Below, one piece after another: positions 49,159-58,954 of a stretch of DNA of 64,000 nucleotides (position 1 is the stretch's first letter; the number at the start of each line of letters is the position of its first letter). The notes under the pieces were generated by a model that saw only the letters and a program-made list of their open reading frames with translations, had not been told where the DNA came from and did no database searches. The DNA is taken from positions 39,856 through 103,855 of IMG/VR virus record IMGVR_UViG_3300033148_007227, one strand, 5' to 3'. Source of the DNA: a virus. Both the position numbers and the translations under genes were made by a program.

Positions 49159-49506
49159 ATGTTTAATAGATTGGAACAGTCTGTATCGGCAGGGGATCAA
49201 TTTGATGGGACTATTGGTAAAGGAAGGTTTGAATGGCCTGGGGATAAAAGTGGTGTTATAATTAAAAGATTGGATTTGGTTATGGGGTCAGAAGATAAGA
49301 ACTGGAATATTTTTATTGTTAGTAATGATGGTGATGATTCTGAATTAGAAGCTGGTTCTGGTACAGTATCAATGGTCTCATTAGTTGGGGAAATTCCTAT
49401 AGCAAGGGACGAAAGAGTGGAAATCAGAACTTCTTCAGCTATATCTGATATGAGAGCTGTGGTAGTGTGGGAAGATAAATCGAGTAATTTAAGAGATAGG
49501 CGATGA
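49159..49506 (+). CDS. small beta-sandwich hypothetical protein
   Basis: AAGGAGGT RBS; 115 aa. Confidence 0.6.
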   Translation: MFNRLEQSVSAGDQFDGTIGKGRFEWPGDKSGVIIKRLDLVMGSEDKNWNIFIVSNDGDDSELEAGSGTVSMVSLVGEIPIARDERVEIRTSSAISDMRAVVVWEDKSSNLRDRR

Positions 49507-50021
49507 AGTGGTATGTAATTAATGTTCGTGTAAGATCAGAAGAAAAAGTTAAGGAAATGATAAATAAAACAGTTAAAAAAGAAAAACTCGAAGATTATAT
49601 TGGAGAAATTTTTGTTCCTATTGTTGAAATTATGGAAAATAAAGATGGTTTAAGGAGAAAGAAAAAAGTGAATTTGACTCCTGGATATGTTTTTCTTGAA
49701 TTAGATATGAATAAAACTGTCCAAAATTTTATAAAAAATGTATCAAAGAATTATGGTTTTTTAAAAAATGGATCAAAACCATTGGAAGTTGATGATATAG
49801 AAATTAAAAGGATGAAGGATACAATGAGAGATAAGAAAGTGGTTGTTAAGTTAGATAATCTTAAAAAAGGAACTAAAGTAAAAATAAAAGAAGGTCCTTT
49901 TATAGGTTTTGATGGTGAGATAACGGGTGTGAAAAATAATAAATGTAAAGTTAATGTCTTAATTTTTGGAAGACTTACTTCTGTGGAGATAAGTTCTGAG
50001 CAATTGGAGGTGATGTTATGA
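49503..50021 (+). CDS. nusG: transcription elongation/antitermination factor NusG
   Basis: NGN domain (KWYVI...EEKVK...EIFVP...PGYVFLE) and KOW domain (GTKVKIKEGPFIGFDG...KVNVLIFGRLTSVEI). Confidence 0.93.
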   Translation: MKWYVINVRVRSEEKVKEMINKTVKKEKLEDYIGEIFVPIVEIMENKDGLRRKKKVNLTPGYVFLELDMNKTVQNFIKNVSKNYGFLKNGSKPLEVDDIEIKRMKDTMRDKKVVVKLDNLKKGTKVKIKEGPFIGFDGEITGVKNNKCKVNVLIFGRLTSVEISSEQLEVML

Positions 50022-50111
50022 TTGAAGAAAAAGAAATTTACTATCAATGTTCTATTTGTGAAAAAACACTTTTTGTTGGAGAGTCTTGTGATTGTCTAGA
50101 ATATTATTTGA

Positions 50112-50357
50112 ATGAATATAATAGTTTTGTTTTTTCAGAGGCTAATGATGTATCATGTGAGATGGATAGTTGAGATTATCTTGATATCTTTTTTGTCATT
50201 TTTTGCTGGATATTTTTATTGTTCTCACAGAATTGAAAGAGATGCAAAGCATATTTATAATATTGAAACTTTAATTAAAGGAGATAAGTTAGAGCTTAGA
50301 TGTGAAGATTGTACTAGTTTTGAACCTTTACCTCCTCCTGTGGAAGTAGAAAAATGA
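50112..50357 (+). CDS. small membrane protein
   Basis: One TM helix, CxxC and poly-Pro tail. Confidence 0.45.
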   Translation: MNIIVLFFQRLMMYHVRWIVEIILISFLSFFAGYFYCSHRIERDAKHIYNIETLIKGDKLELRCEDCTSFEPLPPPVEVEK

Positions 50358-50616
50358 ATGATTATGGTAAAGAAAATAAAAGAAATAGATAAACACATAA
50401 ATAGAATGTTCCTGACTACTAAAAAGTGAAATGAATAAAACCTATAATAGTGCTCACGGGGTTTGAGTGTTTTGAAGTTTGGGGTGTTGTTTGGGATGTG
50501 GTTCAGTTTTTGTGTAATAGTGTTTGTTATGATTTGGTGGATGAGTTGGAGAGTTTTGGGTATTTTGGGAGGGTGTGGAATTGGAGTTTTCGGGATTGGC
50601 TTCAGATAGGGGTTTG

Positions 50617-50913
50617 ATGGTGTGTAAGCGTGATTCTTCTCCGCTGACGAAGATGAAATTGCCGAGTGGTCTGGTCCTGGAGAGCGATGTGAACGATTGT
50701 TCCTGGAACGCTGGGGACCTTTGTGAGGTTCAGGAGATATCGGGCCAGTGTACTTTTACACAGGTGGGGGTGTGGTTGTGTAAGGCTTATGTTCCCTTCC
50801 CGTTGGTATGCAGGTCGAGGCTGGAGGCGATTCAATCGAGTTGCCGGCACCATAAGCGTGTTTTCACTTGCCGGGGGAAGCGATGTTGCCTGGATTGCAG
50901 TGAGGTGTTTTGA
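50617..50913 (+). CDS. Cys-rich hypothetical protein in GC-richer island
   Basis: Many Cys/His; ATG at 50617 (ORF track starts at GTG 50575). Confidence 0.4.
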   Translation: MVCKRDSSPLTKMKLPSGLVLESDVNDCSWNAGDLCEVQEISGQCTFTQVGVWLCKAYVPFPLVCRSRLEAIQSSCRHHKRVFTCRGKRCCLDCSEVF

Positions 50914-51007
50914 TGGTGAGTGAACATCCTGAAGGTGGTATTATCCCACCTGGGATTGAAGGATTGATTGTGGGTATTTCCCAAGAGCATTTATATGGGG
51001 GAGAAAA

Positions 51008-51205
51008 ATGATCTGGCGTTTTGATCGTGAGGATGACGGGAGTGTCCGGTTGAATTTTGGCAAGCATCAAGGTGAGTGTTTGCAGAATATTCCCGATAGT
51101 TATTTGTGGTGGCTGGAGGAAAACGTTGATGACGACGAGCTTTTGGACGAGGTTCAGGAGGAGTTGAGTTACCGGGAAAATACTGGGATCATAATACGAG
51201 ACTGA
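51008..51205 (+). CDS. small DUF3820 / exonuclease-X C-terminal-like protein
   Basis: LNFGKHQGECLQNIPDSYLWWL motif; GGGGAG RBS. Confidence 0.7.
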   Translation: MIWRFDREDDGSVRLNFGKHQGECLQNIPDSYLWWLEENVDDDELLDEVQEELSYRENTGIIIRD

Positions 51206-51206
51206 C

Positions 51207-52112
51207 ATGGAAAAAATCTCACAACATATCCGTTCAAAAATTCCAAAACCGAACAGGATCATGTCTCCTGTTCAGTGGTATGGAGGGAAAGGACAAATGG
51301 TTAAAAAAATAATTCCTTATATTCCTGAAGGTTATCCCTATGTTGAACCGTATTGTGGAGCTGCTTCTATCTTCTGGCATCTAAACCCGCCGCGTAAGGT
51401 GGAGGTGTTGAACGACATTTATGGAGAGATTATAAATCTGTTTCGGGTGCTTCAGAATCCGGAAACATTCGAGGAGCTTGCTCACAGGTTGACATGGACA
51501 CTTTACAGCCTGGATGAATTTCGCAAAGCCCTCACAATAAACCTTGATAATAGTGACTCGGTAACAGCGGCCTGGGCGTGTTTCGTGAGACAGAATCAGG
51601 GATTTGCCGGTGGTGTAGCAAGAACAGAAGGTCATTGGGGTAAGGCGATTACTGCAACGGATCGGGGGATGAGTGGAACATCAAACAGATGGCGCGGTAG
51701 ATTGCACTTGCTCGAAACCTGGCATGATCGATTATCTCGCGTGCAACTTGACAATCGGGATGCTTTGGATGTTATAAAATACTGGGACACGGACAATACC
51801 GTGTTCTATTTGGACCCACCTTATGTAGTATCCACTCGTAAAGAAAAAAATGTTTATGATTATGAAACAGATGATAATCATCACGAAAAATTGATAGATA
51901 TACTGCTCAAAATAAAAGGGCAAGCTGTATTATCAGGTTATGACACACCATTGTATCAAAGACTTTTGGAATCAGGATGGAAAAAAATTGAAATTAAAAC
52001 AGCATGTAATGCTGTTGCTAAAACTAGAACATCTAAGATTCAAGGTGCAGGTAGTGCTTTTAAACATGCACCACGAACAGAGGTTTTGTGGGTTCTGAAT
52101 AAAAATAAGTAA
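51207..52112 (+). CDS. dam: Dam-family (D12 class) DNA adenine methyltransferase, orphan
   Basis: WYGGKG, YVEPYCGAAS, EVLND, FYLDPPY, LSGY, RTEVLW. Confidence 0.88.
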   Translation: MEKISQHIRSKIPKPNRIMSPVQWYGGKGQMVKKIIPYIPEGYPYVEPYCGAASIFWHLNPPRKVEVLNDIYGEIINLFRVLQNPETFEELAHRLTWTLYSLDEFRKALTINLDNSDSVTAAWACFVRQNQGFAGGVARTEGHWGKAITATDRGMSGTSNRWRGRLHLLETWHDRLSRVQLDNRDALDVIKYWDTDNTVFYLDPPYVVSTRKEKNVYDYETDDNHHEKLIDILLKIKGQAVLSGYDTPLYQRLLESGWKKIEIKTACNAVAKTRTSKIQGAGSAFKHAPRTEVLWVLNKNK

Positions 52113-52136
52113 TCAGGAAAAAAAGGAGGAAATATT

Positions 52137-52934
52137 ATGGAGATTATCGAAATGGAACAACTAAAGGAAATTTCAGATGGGTTTGTACTTGATCCTGTGA
52201 AAACAGAATCAGGGAAGGATTTGGAGAGAATGGCTATATTTTCTCCTATTAATGAATCTTTAGTGGCTATCACTAAACCTGATTTTAAGTTTATAAGACC
52301 TTATGAGTTTGTGGAACAAGTAGATTCTTGTCTAAAGGAAAGTAATATTCCAGTTTCAAATAAATTTATATCTATGAATGATTCAGCTTCAAAAATTGAA
52401 ATTTCATATCGAACTTCTATGACTGAAGAAGTGTTTGAAGGTGATGAAGTTGATTTTGGTTTTGATTTGACTTTTGATGTAGCTAAAGATATTAAATTTG
52501 ATGTTCTTTCTTGGAGAAAGGTTTGTGAGAATGGTCTTGTATCATTTGTTCCTTTTGTAAAAATAGCTAGAGATCAAATGGTAGGACAAGACGATATAAT
52601 GAAAAGTATAAGTTTTTGTATTAATCAGTTTAGAGAAACTGATTTGAAAAAATTCAAAAAGATGGTGAACAAATCTATCAGTAGAGATGATGCTTTTATG
52701 GAGATAGGAAATTATAAGATGAAGGAAGAAGAAAAAGATGAGTTGTTTAGTCACGTGGAAACGGTATTTGGAGATAATAGTGAAGTTTCAGAGTGGGAAT
52801 TATTTAATGCTATGATGTTTGTAGCTACTCATATATTGGTTAATGGTAAAGCTCTCAGAAAAAAAGCACGAAAGACTTTTTCTGCTCAGTTAATTTGTTA
52901 TCATGGGATTCCTCATAGATATATGAGTAGATAA
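52137..52934 (+). CDS. DUF932-like protein
   Basis: RKVCENG motif and C-terminal WELFNA..ATH. Confidence 0.7.
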   Translation: MEIIEMEQLKEISDGFVLDPVKTESGKDLERMAIFSPINESLVAITKPDFKFIRPYEFVEQVDSCLKESNIPVSNKFISMNDSASKIEISYRTSMTEEVFEGDEVDFGFDLTFDVAKDIKFDVLSWRKVCENGLVSFVPFVKIARDQMVGQDDIMKSISFCINQFRETDLKKFKKMVNKSISRDDAFMEIGNYKMKEEEKDELFSHVETVFGDNSEVSEWELFNAMMFVATHILVNGKALRKKARKTFSAQLICYHGIPHRYMSR

Positions 52935-53135
52935 ATGGAAATTAAAAAAGGTGATAAACTATATCTGGTTTTAAATGCTGGAACTATGAAAGAAGCTGAT
53001 AAGATTTTGGTTACAGAAACAGACCTTAATTCTGCTTTAGTTGTGTGTGACGGAGGTCCAAGGTTTGTTTTTGTTATTGAAGTTGGTGAGTGTTGGGAAT
53101 TTCCTAATACAGCTTTTAATGATGAGGATTTGTGA
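52935..53135 (+). CDS. hypothetical protein
   Basis: 66-aa ORF abutting neighbours. Confidence 0.5.
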   Translation: MEIKKGDKLYLVLNAGTMKEADKILVTETDLNSALVVCDGGPRFVFVIEVGECWEFPNTAFNDEDL

Positions 53136-53993
53136 ATGAAGAAAATTTGCAAGTTTTTTGGAAAAAATGAAGGTAGAGTGAAAATTTCTGTCAATAGAAA
53201 CACTGAGAAGGTTGATATAATAAAAAAAGGGGGAAGTATGATAATTACAATAGAACCTATTGTAATTTTGACTATTTATGGGAGTCAATCAGAAGAAGAA
53301 GATTATGCAACTGAACATCCTGATTCGACTGCCGCTTTTATGTTAGATTGGAGAAGAAAAGAAATTGAAAGATGGACCTTTCTTCAGCCTGAATATGCTC
53401 ACAATTTTTTAAGGGCACAAGCTGATTGGAAATCTCAAGGAGGAGAGATTTATGTGAGTGATGGTTTGAGAACTATTAAAACTCAGATAGATTTGATAAA
53501 GAGAAAACCTACTCTTGCGGCTAGGCCAGGAACTAGCTTACACGGTTTAGGAATGGCATTGGATTATCATACTGAGAAATTGGGATATATTGAAGGAAAG
53601 AAGATGACTTTTAAAGAGTTTGATGAACATTTGAAAGCTTACGGATGGAGGGTACATCCTAGGGCTTTTAGGAGCTCATCTCATGCAGAAGCTTGGCATA
53701 TTCAACCTACTCAATGGAGAGGTAGAGACTTGAACAATAGGATGGAAGTTTTTGAAACTTTGATGAGAGAGATGGGTCCGAAGATAAAAGATAGAGAAAA
53801 ACAGATAGTAAATAAAATAGCTCAGATAAAAGGGGATACAAATCTTTCTTTTGAGGAACAAGTGAAAGAAATACAGAAGATGGGAAAGTTGATTGATGAT
53901 GGAATCATAGGACCAAATACCAGAGGTTATCTTGCAATACTGGATTTGGAGTATCAGAGAGTCGCTAGCACTTTTGAGTTTTTAAACATATAG
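53136..53993 (+). CDS. endolysin: M15-family zinc peptidase with C-terminal peptidoglycan-binding motif
   Basis: SDGLRTIKTQ, AARPGTSLHGLGMALD (SxHxxGxAxD), EAWH; DDGIIGPNT; start may be 53238. Confidence 0.8.
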   Translation: MKKICKFFGKNEGRVKISVNRNTEKVDIIKKGGSMIITIEPIVILTIYGSQSEEEDYATEHPDSTAAFMLDWRRKEIERWTFLQPEYAHNFLRAQADWKSQGGEIYVSDGLRTIKTQIDLIKRKPTLAARPGTSLHGLGMALDYHTEKLGYIEGKKMTFKEFDEHLKAYGWRVHPRAFRSSSHAEAWHIQPTQWRGRDLNNRMEVFETLMREMGPKIKDREKQIVNKIAQIKGDTNLSFEEQVKEIQKMGKLIDDGIIGPNTRGYLAILDLEYQRVASTFEFLNI

Positions 53994-54109
53994 AGTTGAA
54001 AGTAAAGTAAAATCAAAAAGTAAATTTTGTGTTATGATTGTATTGTACTGTTATTTATTGAAAGAAGATCAAAATTGCTTCGAGACAAGAATTGAAGCAC
54101 GATCTTAAA

Positions 54110-54581
54110 ATGACTGTTGGACGAAAAATCAAGACTGGTGTACTCCTCCCAAGTATGTCGAGGCAGTGAAAAAGGTCTTTGGTGGTAGGATTGCACTCGA
54201 TCCTTGTTCAAGCAAGTATTTCATAATAGGTGCTGAAGTAGAATACATGTTACCTCGACATGATGGGTTAAGGGAGCTATGGAATTACCTCATGATATAT
54301 GTAAACTCATCGTACAGGGTAGGGGTAAAGAACATGGTACTAGCATCAAGATTTGGCTTTTTCGTTGTGTCAAGGTACATGAAGAACACGGGTCAGAGTT
54401 TCTTGTTTTGGTGTTTGTAGCTTCTAATACAGAACATTGGAAGAGATACGCTTTTAGTAATGTGACGGTGATCTGTTTTCTTTATGATACATGTCTCAAG
54501 TTCTTAGAGAACGGTAAAAATGGAAGCAAAGGTGCTCCAATGGAGGGAAAATTGATATACCATCACATAAATCCGAAATGA
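54110..54581 (+). pseudogene. frameshifted N6-adenine methyltransferase (phage Dam-like family)
   Basis: Three frames join as MTVGR / NQDWCTPPKYVEAV..LDPCS..DGL..IYVNSSY (NPPY lost) / ..VASNTEHWK..ICFLYD..GAPM. Confidence 0.75.
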
Positions 54582-54674
54582 AGGAACCAGAAAGAGGAAG
54601 GCTGTTGTTTTATGTAATATTCAGTGGCGGAAGGGTATATTTAGACCATGAGGTTTTCACGAGGGAAATCATAA

Positions 54675-56216
54675 ATGCGTGAGCTAGAGTACAAGGCCAG
54701 CACCTTCCTTTCTCATAGAAAGGAATATGGACAATTCTTTACCCCCACCGCCGTAGCTAGGATGATGGCAAAATGGGTAATCCAAGAACGTCCACGTACC
54801 ATACTTGATCCAGCGTTTGGCTTTGGTATCTTTTATGAAGCGATAAAGGTAGTTGAGACGGACGATCACTTCAGTTTTGTTGGTTATGAAATAGACGGGC
54901 ATCTGTTGGATTTTCTTGCTTTTCCTCCCAAAGACAATCTGAGGGTTATTCACGGTGATTATCTCGAATCAGAAATTGAGTATTACGACGCGATTATTTG
55001 CAATCCACCATACATAAGATTTCAGAAATTTCTGACAAGACATAATGTTATGCCAATATTGGAAAAGCAACTCGGAATGAGACTCTCAGGCTATTCTAAC
55101 ATTGCCTCGATATTCCTTGTAAAAGCGCTACATGAGCTAAAGACGAACGGGAGACTGGTATTTATCATGCCATACGAATTTTTCAATACCGGCTATGGTA
55201 CAGAGATCAAAAGGCAACTCTTGGAGAAGGGGTTGCTTAAGCAAATAGTTATCTTTTCCAACGAGAAGGAAATCTTCCCTGACGCGATCACTACCGTGTG
55301 CGTCATTCTATGTAGGAAAGACGGAAAACCTGAGCCAGTAAAAATTACCCATATTGAAAGTGTTGACGAATTAAAGAAATTGGATTGCGTTGGAAATCAC
55401 TTTCATGCACTAATACCTCCCAATGACTTACCCCCTGATAAAAAATGGATGCCAATAATAGGTTCTCAGCTCTACAATAGTGAAGAAATCCCCAATGGAT
55501 TTTGTCCTCTTTCTTCTTATGGAAAAGTTATGCGAGGCATTGCTACAGGAGCAAATGCATTCTTTGCACTAAGTAGAACCAAAGCTGACAGTCTAGAAAT
55601 AGGACAAGATAACCTGAGTAAGTGCATTACTAAAAGTAACCAAATAACCGAATTGGTGTTTACAGAAGATAATTTCTGCGAGCTCGTTAAGCTGGACAAA
55701 CCTGTCTTCTGCTTGAATGTCAAAGATGTGAATGATGAATCAGTACGGGCATACATTAAATACGGTGAAAGAAAAGGATATAATAACAGATATTTGACAA
55801 GAAAGCGCCATCCATGGTTCAAAGTTGAACACAGAAGGCCCGCTCCTCTCCTGTTCGGTGTATTTAATAGAGGGCGTTTGAAGATCATACGTAATTATTC
55901 CTCTACAGTGAACTTTACTTGCTACCATTCGTTTTATCCGAACATGTTTGGTACCGCTGTCTTAGATAGATTGTTTGTATATTTGATTAGTGATTTCGGG
56001 CAGAGGATTATCCAGTTAAATAAGAGGACTTATGGAGACACTTTGGACAAATACGAGCCTAGGGATTTGAACGAGGTGATGTGTCCGAGTACTGAACTGC
56101 TACATCTAATTACCGACGCTGAAGCAAACAATGTTATAAAGGCCGCAAAAGAGAGCGCCCCCTTGGCTATTGAAATGAGTAACAAGTTGATCGAAAGAAT
56201 ATTGATAATGTCCTAA
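54675..56216 (+). CDS. type II (Eco57I/TaqI-like, gamma class) N6-adenine DNA methyltransferase, orphan
   Basis: [34 protein letters not shown]; codon usage unlike the phage backbone. Confidence 0.88.
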   Translation: MRELEYKASTFLSHRKEYGQFFTPTAVARMMAKWVIQERPRTILDPAFGFGIFYEAIKVVETDDHFSFVGYEIDGHLLDFLAFPPKDNLRVIHGDYLESEIEYYDAIICNPPYIRFQKFLTRHNVMPILEKQLGMRLSGYSNIASIFLVKALHELKTNGRLVFIMPYEFFNTGYGTEIKRQLLEKGLLKQIVIFSNEKEIFPDAITTVCVILCRKDGKPEPVKITHIESVDELKKLDCVGNHFHALIPPNDLPPDKKWMPIIGSQLYNSEEIPNGFCPLSSYGKVMRGIATGANAFFALSRTKADSLEIGQDNLSKCITKSNQITELVFTEDNFCELVKLDKPVFCLNVKDVNDESVRAYIKYGERKGYNNRYLTRKRHPWFKVEHRRPAPLLFGVFNRGRLKIIRNYSSTVNFTCYHSFYPNMFGTAVLDRLFVYLISDFGQRIIQLNKRTYGDTLDKYEPRDLNEVMCPSTELLHLITDAEANNVIKAAKESAPLAIEMSNKLIERILIMS

Positions 56217-56242
56217 AGGTGGGGGTACACTACAGAGAGATT

Positions 56243-56374
56243 ATGTATTGTTTGAAATGTGGATGCTCTATAGGTGAAAGATCAGAAGTGATACTGAGAT
56301 TTTCACTGTTTTCTTACTTTTATCAGCTTCATAAAAGTTGTATTCTCTCCTTGTTTATGGAGGAGAGAAACTGA
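56243..56374 (+). CDS. 43-aa putative zinc-binding peptide (not in ORF track)
   Basis: MYCLKCG...LHKSC, same ligand pattern as 28075..28305; frame continues 22 codons past the TGA. Confidence 0.35.
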   Translation: MYCLKCGCSIGERSEVILRFSLFSYFYQLHKSCILSLFMEERN

Positions 56375-56477
56375 TCTTTTGACAGTGAAATAGCAGAGAG
56401 GATAGTACAAGAATTGATGGAAAAATCTAATAAAATCAGGTAGTTACAAGAAGATTTATTCTTCTTTTATTTTTCTC

Positions 56478-56506
56478 TTGACAAACTAATGAAAAAGTGG
56501 TATAAT
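56478..56506 (+). promoter_or_regulatory. perfect consensus sigma70 promoter driving the ankyrin array
   Basis: TTGACA-N17-TATAAT with extended -10 TG and T-rich UP-like tract. Confidence 0.88.
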
Positions 56507-56562
56507 TGTATTTAGATTTTGAGATAGTGGAAGATCAAAACGATAAAGGAAAGGAGAAAAAA

Positions 56563-57201
56563 ATGAAAAAAGAATTAATGCTGATGAATGCAGCGCGTGA
56601 GGGACTTATTGAGATAGTAAAAAATCTACTCGATACAGGAGCGAATATACATGCTTGGAATGATTATGCTCTCCGCTGGGCGGCTGAAAATGGGCAGGTG
56701 GAAGTGGTAAAACTTTTGCTCGATGCTGGAGCAGATATACATGCTGGTGATGATTGTGCTCTCCGCTATGCGGCTGGAGAAGGTCATGCGGAGGTGGTGG
56801 AAATCCTGCTCGATGCCGGAGCGGACATACATGCTAGTGATGATTGTGCTTTTCGATGGGCGGCTGAAGAAGGTCATGCGGAGGTGGTGAAAATTCTCCT
56901 TTATGCCGGGGCGAATATACATGCTCGTGATGATTGTGCTCTGCGATGGGTGGCTAGAAAAGGTCATGCGGATGTGATGAAACTCCTGCTGGATACAGGA
57001 GCGAATATACATGCTTATAATGATTATGCTCTCCAGTGGGCGGCTAAAAACGGCCACACGGAAGTAGTGAAAATCCTGCTCGAAGCCGGAGCAAATATCT
57101 ATGCCGATAACAATTACGCTCTTCACTGTGCAACTAAAAACGGCCACACGGAAGTGGTAGAAATCCTACAGCAGGCTGAATCGGAAAGGAGAGAAAAATG
57201 A
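56563..57201 (+). CDS. ankyrin repeat protein 1 (212 aa, 7 units)
   Basis: ATG 56563 after AAAGGAG; 30-aa ankyrin units. Confidence 0.92.
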   Translation: MKKELMLMNAAREGLIEIVKNLLDTGANIHAWNDYALRWAAENGQVEVVKLLLDAGADIHAGDDCALRYAAGEGHAEVVEILLDAGADIHASDDCAFRWAAEEGHAEVVKILLYAGANIHARDDCALRWVARKGHADVMKLLLDTGANIHAYNDYALQWAAKNGHTEVVKILLEAGANIYADNNYALHCATKNGHTEVVEILQQAESERREK

Positions 57202-57656
57202 CAAAAGAATCAATGTTGATAAGCGCGGCATATGAGGGGCGCATTGAAGATGTAAGGAGTTTGCTCGAAGCTGGAGCGAATATACACGCTGATGATGATT
57301 ATGCTCTCTGGTGTGCGGCTGGAAACGGTCATGCAGAGGTGGTAAAACTTTTGCTCGAAGCTGGAGCAGATATACACGCTATTGATGATTACGCTCTCCA
57401 GTGGGCGGCAAGAAATGGTCATGCAGAAGTAGTAAAAATTTTGCTTGATGCTGGCGCAAATATACACGCTATAGATGATTACGCTCTCCGTAGTGCGGCT
57501 GAAGAAGGTTACGTGAGTGTGGTGAAAATCCTGCTTGATGCAGGCGCAGATGTACATGCTGAAAACAATTGGGCTCTCCGCTGGGCAACCAAATGTGGTC
57601 ATACGAGGGTAGTGGAAATTTTACAGCAAGCTGAATCGGAAAGGAGAGAAAAATGA
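57198..57656 (+). CDS. ankyrin repeat protein 2 (152 aa, 5 units)
   Basis: ATGA-coupled; MTKESMLISAA cap. Confidence 0.92.
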   Translation: MTKESMLISAAYEGRIEDVRSLLEAGANIHADDDYALWCAAGNGHAEVVKLLLEAGADIHAIDDYALQWAARNGHAEVVKILLDAGANIHAIDDYALRSAAEEGYVSVVKILLDAGADVHAENNWALRWATKCGHTRVVEILQQAESERREK

Positions 57657-58921
57657 CAAAAGAATCAATGTTGATAAGCGCGGCACGTGAGGGGCTTATC
57701 GAAACGGTAAGGAACCTGCTCGAATCGGGTACGGATGTACATGCTGAAGATGATTATGCTCTTCGGTGGGCCGCTTTCAAAGGGTATGTGGAAGTAGTGA
57801 AAATTCTCCTCGATGCAGGAGCGAATATCCATGCCGATGATGATTGCACTCTTCGCTGGGCGGTAGGAAACGGTCATGCAGAGGTGGTAAAACTTTTGCT
57901 CGATGCAGGAGCGGATATATATGCTAGAAATGGTTCTGCTCTCTGTTTAGCGGCTAAAAATGGTCACACGGAAATAGTAAAAATCCTGCTCGATGCTGGA
58001 GCGGTTATACATGCTCTTAATGATTTTGCTCTTTGTTTAGCGGCTAAAAATGGTCATGTGGAGGTAGTAAAAATCTTGCTCGATGCTGGTGCAAATATCC
58101 ATGCTAATAATGATTATGCTTTTCGTTATGCGGCACGTGAAGGTCATGCAGACATAGTAAAACTCCTCCTCGATGCTGGAGCGAATGTCCATGCTGATAA
58201 TGATTATGCTCTTCGGTGGGTGGTTGAAAATGGACATGTAGAAGTGGTGAAAATCCTGCTCGATACAGGTGTGAATATACATGCTTATAATGATACTGCT
58301 CTCCGTTGTGCGGCACGTGAAGGTCATGTAGAAGTGGTGAAAATCCTCCTTGATGCTGGTGCAAATATCCATGCTAATAATGATTACGCTCTCTGTTGGG
58401 CAGTCGAAAATGGACATGTGGAAGTAGTAAAAATTCTCCTCGATGCAGGAGCGAATATACATGCTGATGATGATTATGCTCTTCGTTGTGCGGTTGAAAA
58501 TGATTATGTAGGTATAGTAAAAATTCTCCTCGATGCAGGTGCAAATACACATGCTTGTAATGATACTGCTCTCTGTTGTGCGGCTGAAAATGGTTATACC
58601 GAAATAGTAAAACTCTTGCTCGATGCGGGAGCTAATATACATGCTGATGGTGATTGCGCTCTTTGCTATGCGGCTGAAAATGGACATGTGGAAGTAGTAA
58701 AAATCCTACTCGATACAGGAGCTAATATACACGCTGATGATGATTACGCTCTCCGATGTACGGCTAAAAATGGTCATGCGGATGTGGTGAAAGTCTTGCT
58801 CGATGCTGGTGCGGATGTCCATGCTAATGATGATTACGCTCTCCATTGGGCAATTGAAAACGATCACATGGAGGTGGTAGAAATCTTATTGGGATTTGGC
58901 GAAAGCAAATTGAATAATTGA
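57653..58921 (+). CDS. ankyrin repeat protein 3 (422 aa, 14 units)
   Basis: ATGA-coupled; longest member. Confidence 0.92.
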   Translation: MTKESMLISAAREGLIETVRNLLESGTDVHAEDDYALRWAAFKGYVEVVKILLDAGANIHADDDCTLRWAVGNGHAEVVKLLLDAGADIYARNGSALCLAAKNGHTEIVKILLDAGAVIHALNDFALCLAAKNGHVEVVKILLDAGANIHANNDYAFRYAAREGHADIVKLLLDAGANVHADNDYALRWVVENGHVEVVKILLDTGVNIHAYNDTALRCAAREGHVEVVKILLDAGANIHANNDYALCWAVENGHVEVVKILLDAGANIHADDDYALRCAVENDYVGIVKILLDAGANTHACNDTALCCAAENGYTEIVKLLLDAGANIHADGDCALCYAAENGHVEVVKILLDTGANIHADDDYALRCTAKNGHADVVKVLLDAGADVHANDDYALHWAIENDHMEVVEILLGFGESKLNN

Positions 58922-58954
58922 AAAAGGAAAAAAGGATTGAAAGGGGAGAAAAAA

